From Ptychomitrium polyphyllum (taxonomy: Eukaryota): 64,000 bases of DNA. The position numbers were made by a program, and so were the translations under genes. Under the pieces are notes generated by a model. That model did no database searches and had not been told where the DNA came from. It worked only from the letters and a program-made list of their open reading frames with translations. The DNA lies in assembly GCA_973851085.1 (NCBI GenBank), contig OZ316775.1:7378001-7442000 (forward strand), given 5' to 3'. Of this stretch, positions 55,035 through 64,000 are shown piece by piece (the stretch's first letter is position 1; each line of letters opens with the position of its first letter).

Positions 55035-56150
55035 TGCAACGTGCACTGTTCAACAACGTGAAAAGTTTTCTTCTCCGAGAGAGAGCCCTCGCTCCTTGAA
55101 CGAGTTTTAAACTGGGTGCCCCATTGTGAGGAATGTTTTGGTTTTGTGAATCTGTCTTCAGAATTTGCTCTGTTACTTAAGCTGTAGCTAGAATTCGATG
55201 AACAGTACTCGTGCATTGATGAGTTCAGTGAACTATCCATCATAGATATATGACATGAGTCTGTAGAGGGTAATTTTAGTTTTTGGATATCAGTCTGTAT
55301 AGCTGAGAGCGTAGGTTTATTATTAAAATCCTACGAGCAGCTTGCTTGGGTTTGATTATGTTTGCTCCTGTGGAACGTAAGAGATAGTGTGGGAATTGCT
55401 CGAACCACAACTATTTTAAGTTTAGGAGTACAGGCTCAGTTACATTGCATCTCAGGTTATCGCTTGGGTTGATTGGCGTGTGCTATGGTCAGGTTCTTGA
55501 CATCAAACAGAGAAACTGCATAATTTGTATTTGTGGTGCAGCTTTCGAATGAGTGTTAAGCTGGCTTTTAAAATGCAGTGCAATGGAGTCTTGTGGTTGT
55601 GGAATTCAAAAAAGCACAACACTTTCTGTACCTCTCTTGTTTTAGGTTCTGAAAGGGAGGCATACATTACACTTCTCAAGATTGTGAATTGCACAGTTTG
55701 AATTGATAATTTGGCATACTACAGAATACGCAAGGTCCAGCATAAATAATATCCATGGTAATGGCAGTCAGGACTACTTGATGCTTTGCTCAAGGGAAAG
55801 ATGACAATGAAAGAGCATTGCAAGAGAAACAGAAGCTACGTCTTATTGTGGCTGGAAATGTAGAACAGTGTACTCTGTTCATGAACATTGATGTCGGGGT
55901 TCAAATATTCTACTGCCTGTAAAATAATTTAAGTTCTCCGGATGACAGTAGAATGATCTAAACTACCTATATAACAGACGAAAAGCTGGGAGATCCTCGC
56001 ACTCAACCCACAAGCTCACCTTCTTGTGATGGTCATGTCGTTCTTTACAGTATCCAGTGTTCCTCAAGTATCTTCCGAGCATGAAATGAGTTATTAACAC
56101 AAGGTCAGACCTTGTTGTAGCAGTAGTTGATGAACAGGAATCGTCCCACT

Positions 56151-57948
56151 TCACTCTCCCGTCACCCACAAGCTGCCATCGATGTATCCAAGACTCATGA
56201 AAGGTGCTGCTTGTGCATCCGTGAGTTCGTGAGACCAGGCAGCTCTGTTTGCTTCGTTTGCGCCAAGTCCGAAGCACTTGTATTGGCCATAAAATACAGT
56301 GCTGCAAGGAAAACAATATCCTTAAGATTCAAAAATCTCCGACATTCCACTTAAGCCTCTTAATGACAAGCAAAACAGTTCAAAGAAAATTTGGAAAGAA
56401 CGACGGCAGCTCTGATGTTCAAACAAGATGGTGCACAAATAGAGCATGCTCAATAACATGACAATCAATCTAACCAAGCTGTTAAAACTAAGAAGAATTT
56501 AAGTGACAATGAACCGAGCTGCCAACAGCGAGAATGTGGAAGGAGCACTCACCCTTCTCTGGAAGGATCCCCCCAGTTGTACCAGCCGGCAGGGTTGATG
56601 ATATTGGCGAACTCGGTAAAAGCAAACACAACGCGAGAGTAGGGACCCCAAGCACGTCCAAGGTATACTGTCGCTGGTCCAGATCCCGTCACTTTGCAAT
56701 TCACAAACGAGTAGCCAGTGTCCTCACTCAGACTCAATCTCTTCTGCGCTGTAAGTGAGCCACCCGATGAGGGCAGTACTCTCAACTCACAGTTCTGCAG
56801 CACATTAAGAAACAGAGTGCCAGTCATTGATCCAAATTCCAGAATTTGCAAATATGTTTTTTTTGTTAAACTCGTCAACGAATTGGGAGCCGAGTAAATC
56901 CAAAATGCAGATGCGAGCTAGCTGCTTACCTTGTACAATGATTTCCCATCACCGAAGATGAAATCTACTGAACCCACAATAAGAGTATCTTTGAAATAGT
57001 GGCGACCTCTGTCGTCGTACAGAGTATCCTGCTGGCCGTAGAACGCGCACCCATAAAATGCATTAAAATCTCCCGTTGTTCGCAATGCTACTGCTTGCTG
57101 CTGAGCTCCCCCATTTGGTGGCGGAGATGCGTTCTGAAATCGAGCAGTAATAGTGTAGAAAATAAAATTAGGACACAACAAGAAACTAAATCATAGACGG
57201 CTATGTGGTTCCTTCACACAGTGCTTCATCAATGGAATTTGAAGTGAAGAAAAACAAATGGGGTCCATGCTGGCAACAAGACGCCCTACCTCAAACGAAA
57301 TGTTTCTCGCTGTGAAGTAAGGCGCGCTGACACCAAAGGTGGATGTAGTGTAAGTGGTGCCTGTATCACCTGCTGCATTTTTAGAAGTGATTTTGGTCAC
57401 ATCTCGGCCGGCTCCTTGCAGAGTGATGCGCCACTTGCTCTTGGGCACCACTACTCTTTCACTGCAATGCACAAATACAGTACTGCTCTAAATCCACCAT
57501 TCCAGCTGAACTGCTATCGTTCGGCTATGCAAAAGGTTCTGTGCAGTCAACCGGACAGAGGGGAAAGCTGCAGAAAGTTCGCTTGCATACAATGAGCTAC
57601 TCACTTGTATGTTCCTGCGTTCACTTTGATAGTGATGGTGTTTTTGTTGTGTTCAGGAACAGCATTAAAAGCCTCATTGATGGTCTTGTAATTTCCAGCG
57701 CCGCTCTGATCCACAACAATCACCGTTTCCCCAACTTTGCTGGAGAGGTCGTCGATGCTGCCGGCAGTTCTTGCAGCGTCTTCGAAGATAGCATGCTTGG
57801 CACCAACACCTTCAACCCAGGTTTGGAAACTGGCAATTACCTCATCTCTAGTGGACGGAACTTTCAACTCAGAGTGCACGGGTTGAAGAACAGAAACGAA
57901 GTAAAGGAATGACATCGAGACAATCACTGAACTCCACAATCTTGCCAT
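56151..57948 (-). CDS. Pectin methylesterase (CE8, no PMEI pro-domain), 5 exons
   Basis: Signal peptide; [60 protein letters not shown]. Last exon [14 protein letters not shown]...[16 protein letters not shown] (stop 56153-56151). Confidence 0.94.
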
Positions 57949-59899
57949 TCTCTGCACAACACAGTGCTACACAACACAAAGTCTGGACAATGCTACTCTG
58001 ATAAAGCTCAATCCCTCATGTAAATGCCAAACCTAGAATACTCACTTGACTTCAACTGGGACTAATTTGAATGTGAAGACACCCGAGCGACCTTTCCTTG
58101 CAAAGCTTGAAGCTTCTTTGCACCAACCAGCTAGCGCTCAGATGAGCTACCTAGCTTTGCAAACGCAGGCTGCAAGTGATGGAATTCTATATCGGACTGA
58201 TGCTGCAGCAATTACTTCCCCAAAGTGGACACCTTTGAAGGGAAGGAGTTGAGGCTGCATGAATGAATCTCCCAAGTGCTTCGTGGTTATAAGGAGAACC
58301 CAGGTGCAGCTAATCATGATGACGGAGTGCAGAGTAATCCAGATGTGGAGGACAAGTTTGTGCTCTTGGCTGCAATGCTGACAGAAAAATTCTAATCTGA
58401 AACATTTCTGTACAGAACTTCGTTTATGAGGAAAGTTTTGGGCTTTTTACTAAATGAAGTTTTTGATAAGAGTGTGGGGCGGGCTGGACGGAGATGTGGA
58501 GCGTTGGAGATTCTGCAAGCTACCTGAGAAGAGACAAAATCCACACTTCATCAATATTCAATAGTATGCACTCCCTGCACATGAAGGTGGTAAGTTATGT
58601 ACCAATGAGTTGTCATCATATCAATTTCATGGAATGGTATTGTATGGCACACTTCATAAGAATGGAGACAAGCTGGCTCTCAAAGGCATCCGCCTCCTCT
58701 TGTGGTAAAACGAGCTGGCAAGTGCCATTCTTGCTACACTTGGTTCTCTATGAACACTGTTATTGATGAGCTTAGATTAACCCTTTCAAGCCCAAGCCCT
58801 ATGTGGCCCTTCTGTATCTGCACTCAATAAATCATACAGCATACAAAAAGAATCATGAACTTTTAATGAATTTATGATTCCTAATTACAACATATTACAC
58901 ATTGTTCCTTTATTTTTCACAATATCATAAGGTTTTTTTACTTTTTCATGAATTTCCAACTGTACAAGTCTTATTAATACCTTCCTAACAGAAAAATGTA
59001 TATTAAAAAGCACAAAAAAACAAACAAACAATATTGGCATCATTTCATAGTCTTTTTTATATGATATGGTTTCATTTATGTACCACATTTAGAATGAGAA
59101 TTCTAAAAGTAAATTTTTTAGATATTTAGACCCTTTTACTTTCAAAAATCATAGAAAATAGAGCTTGAAGTAGTACCATTGGATTTCTTAATTTGATCTT
59201 TAAAGTTGTTGTTTGAATATGAATTGGTAATTTAGTAATCTTTTTTTGTGAAAATTTAAGGAAAACAACAATCAATAGTATAAATTAGTTATGTAACAAT
59301 TTGCTCACAAAAGGTTTAAAACCTTAAGTTGTAAAATCAAAGGATATTAAAAATGATGTGAAGAGAGAACAACAATATTTATGACATTTTAGTGACAATG
59401 TTTGACAATGCTCTACAAAGAAAGAAATGCCAACTTCTTTTCTATATGTGGGCGTGTCACACAAGTTCATTTTATGAGAATACAATCTTAAAAAATGATA
59501 ACTTCATCTATGCATATATTATCTCAAATTACCATCCTTCCATAGAATGCATGACAATGTGTCACCCTTTCTTCCAATCTTAATGCATTCTCTAAGGATT
59601 GAGTTTTCTTGCATGAATGAGCAAAGGGATATCAGTCCTTAGATTGTGTATTGAGGTTGGAGGAGACAGTGACATATTTCATGTATTCCATAAAACAGGA
59701 GGATAGTAACTTGAGTTTACTTGAGGTAACTTAGAGTTGGACGATATAAACAGTCTCTGAATGTTGTGTTGTCTAAGGATTTTTCCTCTGAGGATTTTGC
59801 TTCTGTGACACCCTTTAATGTAGTCACAAAAAGGAGAGGAACTTTGTAACAGTCCATGTTACAGAATACTACCTTAACTCCACATGTCAGTTGAGCTGG

Positions 59900-61250
59900 C
59901 TGGTCCTTGTTGTACATCTGCTTCTTTTAAACTAGGGTTTGGGTACACATATTAACGCCCACTCTTGCCACTCAAGGTAATAACTTTTTGGGCTTCCCAT
60001 GTACTTCAAAGGGTACACATTCCAGACAGTAAAACTCAAATGTATTGAGTTTGCATGTGCCAAGAATTTAATACAGATTTATTGGTGTAGATTCACAGAT
60101 ACAATTTCTCAAATATAAAACTCAAGATGGTGGAGTCAAGGCACATAACATTCATACCTGGCATTGCTGGGCGGCAAAATGCCTGCAAATATACCCTGTG
60201 AATGTTAGAAAGATTCTTTCTGACAATATAAAGATTTCTATGGAGTATGTTGAAAGTTACTACATTAAACCTCAAAAAGATATTTTTGTAATAGTTTGAA
60301 ACTTGTAATAGCATTAATGATGTTCTGATTGTTCCCATAATTTAACTTCAAAATTTGAAAAAGATACTTAAAAACATAATTGTGATAGGGTTTAGAAATG
60401 TTATGCAAGGATAATCTTCTTGTTACATTTGGCTCCTTTGCCTTGAACAGCTCACAGCTAATTGACTTTGTTTGCATTTTCTGATGTGCAACTTTTTTGC
60501 TCACTAATCAATGACTCTAGCATCGTACATAATGGCAGTGTACCATCTGTCAATTGAGGCGCAATCAGGTTTGAAAGGTAATGCAGATGCTTCCAAAATA
60601 TGTCAAGTCCTTGTCATCCACAAGTTTAATGTTCATGAGTCCTCTACTGTATCCCATGTTTCCAGTTCCCATCAGTACAAAGAATGAGCAGAATCATGTC
60701 AGTCCAGGTTTCATTCTATCACCAAAGATTGCTCAATGGAAACCCAAAAGCAAGGCACTATGCACCAATGCACAAACAAAACCTTGTTTCAGAGACATAC
60801 TGTGAGTTGTTAAATAAAAGTTTCCCTGGAGAGTTTTCATGTGGAATCTCCTTCCTTCAGTAACCAAATATCCTTGTATGCCCGTGTGACTTCAGAAGGG
60901 TTACCATCTCACCCTGAGACTAATCCTAATATTCGGCACAATGGGTTTGAAATGGGCTGTACAGCATGTTGTTTGCATGAAGGCCAGTTTGATTTGTGCA
61001 GATGAAATCTCTTTGACTTCTCTACACCATTGATTTATTTCTTTGTACTTCATAGCATCCTAAACATGTGTCAAATCCCATATATCCCTCAATATACTCC
61101 TTTTACCGAGTCCACTCCTAAGGATGTTGAAGTCCATCACTTGGACTTTTCATTGGTTCCTACAGAAGAGCAGCTTGACCTGATGTGTTTTTGTCATCCC
61201 AGTTCAAAGTTGAACAGAGTAATGCAATAAATTACAGGTTACTAACTTGG
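59900..61250 (-). mobile_element. Degenerate CACTA/En-Spm-like transposase remnant
   Basis: Minus-strand motifs in the expected order: LRDIWD (~61092-61075), GLDIFWKHLHYL...D/MVH (~60610-60555; compare SIFWELPYW...DVMH) and WNVYPLKYMG (~60024-59995; compare WMYPFERYMG). Numerous stops and frameshifts. Confidence 0.5.
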
Positions 61251-61637
61251 CCAAAATCCACCGCTGAAAAGAACTCCAATACCTTGAGCTTTCAGCTGGC
61301 ATGATACATAAATTATGGCAGTCATTAGTATTGATACGTAAATTATGGTAGTCGTTTGTCTTGTTCATTGTTGATTCATCAAGAAGAGTACAGATGTAGA
61401 TCCAAAATTATAGGATCTAAAATTTCATATTTATATTTAAAATCCCCAATCAAGAGTGTTGAAATGTGTGTACATTTTTTATTTTAATGTTATAATCTTT
61501 TGGCAATTGAAGTTTCTTCAACGACTAGGTTATATTTCACTATGTGTTTGTCAAAGTCTTTGATCCCATTTTAGAATTGCCACAATGCTTTTTTATACTT
61601 CTCATCTTTCCTTCAGATATTGATCCTAACAATCTTG

Positions 61638-61678
61638 TACCACTACTACAATACAACTACTACAATACCACTACTACT
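61638..61678. repeat. Short tandem repeat, about 3 copies of a 14-bp unit (TAC[C/A]ACTACTACAA)
   Basis: taccactactacaa tacaactactacaa taccactactac read directly. Confidence 0.7.
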
Positions 61679-64000
61679 GCATATTGAAATCAGTGAGATT
61701 TTGCACATGTAACTTACAGGCCTTTTGATTCCAGCCCCTGGTGCTACATTATCTACATATATCCATCCCCTGAGAACAAATCAACTCCAGCTTTTGAGGG
61801 TGAGAAGATCTAGAGTAGCTACACTATTAATAATAAAAAATTGTGCAATACTGTGGAGGCTTATAGCATTCAAGTTTATGTGAACAGATGTTTATTCTCT
61901 TAGAATACTACATATATGACAACCTAACAATGATATTTTTCCTTTCTCTGGAGTAAGACATATTCATTGTGAAACAATATCATCAAGTTGTGTCCCCCTT
62001 GAGACTGCATGAACAGCCCTCAAGGGAGGAGCTTGAAATTTAGGGCTGGATTCCAAGCTCTCATATCCAAACCATACTAGCTATTGGTTGTAAGTTATCC
62101 AGTACTAAATTACTCAAACTAGGAGAGCTTCCAGGAGCCAGGACTGCACCATTGTCCATACTTGCTGACACTGGTACTCAAGCATTTCCAGCTGTAGTGA
62201 GACGTTGAGAGCTCAGATGTACTAGGTTCAAAACCAGGCTGATTGTGCAACGTCCACACCCAGTGCAAATTCATTTCAGCTCAAATTTGCACAATGCAGG
62301 GTGGACAAATTTACTGCAAGAATTATTTCATAGTGCCATACACTGATAGGAGACTAGGAGTAACAAAAAAATTGGTCATTGTACTCCCAAAGAAAAACAT
62401 AAGAGTTTTATTATGACATTTTCTATTAGGTCTGACAGTTTTGTAAGAACACTTTGAATGAATGAATTGAAACACCAGCTCAGTACAGTACACAAACTTA
62501 CAACAACAACCTACACTATTTTGTCACTGTTGTAATTACAATACTCTTCTCGAGTCTTTCCTAATACTAGATACCCCTAAGCAACAATTATTTTATGTAA
62601 CTTTTTTCTCGTGCTGTGGAATGCACTAATTGAGCATACTCATCAATACTTTCAGTATTATTTAGGATATCATCACCTACACAAACAATATGGATGAGGA
62701 GCTGGTGTCTCTAGTAACTGTCACTCATAGATTTGGATGACGTTCAAAATTCATAACCAAAGCTTGATAAATCACAACTCCTTATCAAATTGTGCTTTCT
62801 ATTGAAATAGCATCAGACCAAATCAAGAAAGATATATATATTTCAGCACTGAACAACAAATATGGTCATTACAAGGAAACATAGGTTTAGATTATTCAGA
62901 TTTCGTGTACACATGATCCCCTTCACAGGAATATCCACAGAGAGTGAGAGGCTCTAATTTGTTCACTAGTAAATGGGGATAATATGTGCACACAGATTGC
63001 AAATGATGTCTGTTTCCTTATAGCAGTTCAATGTGGTCCTCCACGGCAGTGAGAGCGTCACATGCAGCACATACAGAGTATGCAGAGTACTACCTATCTG
63101 TCCACCAATTCCAGAGCAGTAGCAGAAGTATTTTTGCAGTGGCCCTCTTGGTATGCACCTAATTATTTGAGCATTGAGAATGACAAGCAACTACACACTT
63201 GACCATCAATGTCAGACAGATTTTCCATGTGTCCAGTGAATGTAAACTTCCTTATCAGGTCAGGGCTTGCAATCAGTCATTCATGAATCAACTTGTTTTT
63301 CCAAACTCTAGGAAAGTTACTCTGGAGGTTTCTCCAGAGTACTATCCTGCTGTAAGGCTGGTCATACATATCAATGCTTATGTATCCACAAAATCACTCA
63401 GGGAGTTCAGTTACCTTACAATTGATGATGTTGAATTTGAACAGCAAAGCCTTGAGCTTCTGAGAAATTTCTCATGTTCATCTATTCCCAAGCTTAACCT
63501 ACACCCTGAAACCTTTCAGTGTTGCAACATTTTCAACATTTTCTCCTTGCCCATTTTTACTATCAATAATAGATCATGCATTGGCACAAACACTTACAAG
63601 GTTCTGAGCCCTGAATCTGCTTTAAGTTCAAGTTCCCAATTCTGTTGTGCCTATATAATTCTGAGCAGCTTGAGGTATACCAGAATCACAGAAATTTTAC
63701 TGTAAGTATTTCAAGTGCAGCTATTTATAATTTTGAAGAGTTCTACACACTGCTTCAGGACACTTACTTGAGTAATGAACACTTACTTTGAGGTATTTGA
63801 TGTGAATTTTCCAAAATACAAACTTTGTAAGTGTGGATTTTGTAACTACGAGTTTCACAAGAAGAAGTTTAAAATTGCAAAAGTTAGATCTTCTAAAAGT
63901 AAATACATAAACAATGTTCAAAGTGCAATTGCTATTGAATTTTTTTAATACTGTAATATTGAATATCTTCCATCATTTTAATTTAATTTTATAAGTGAGC

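Noticed and set aside
54441..55046. 201-aa minus-strand ORF
   Set aside because: Antisense shadow of the VOC gene.
62966..63705. 168-aa + strand ORF and a minus-strand SGIGGQIGSTLHT stretch faintly resembling Pif1/Helitron helicase motif Ia/Ib
   Set aside because: No Walker A/B in register and many stops; too weak to call.
1..64000. tRNA, rRNA, CRISPR arrays, prokaryotic operons
   Set aside because: None recognisable by eye; the window is spliceosomal-intron-containing plant nuclear DNA.

Overview
Eukaryotic, intron-rich land-plant DNA; gene content and intron style suggest a moss or other bryophyte (inference). A gene-dense core (about 10-15 kb and 23-58 kb) lies among AT-rich stretches of decayed transposons (1-9.5 kb, 16-22.5 kb, 59-64 kb). 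Genes reconstructed by hand-splicing, all apparently intact: a 17-exon peroxisomal cNMP-domain acyl-CoA thioesterase II (ACH2-like, nearly invisible in the ORF track), a SWI2/CHR9-like SNF2 helicase (C-terminus uncertain), an HMA metal-binding protein with a KMP-repeat tail, an intronless metaxin, a secreted A1 aspartic-protease homologue with both catalytic motifs altered, a plastid-type FMN split-barrel (PNPOx/HugZ-like) protein, two pectin methylesterases, a pectate lyase, and an intronless bacterial-type VOC/PhnB gene. Relics: a PhoD-like phosphatase fragment, a cytochrome-b5-fused fatty-acid 2-hydroxylase pseudogene, a ~430-bp foldback (MITE-like) element and a CACTA transposase remnant. 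The most notable features are the PME-pectate lyase-VOC-PME cluster with its probable horizontally acquired VOC gene, and the nearby pseudo-protease. Family assignments come from recalled motifs; no database search was run.
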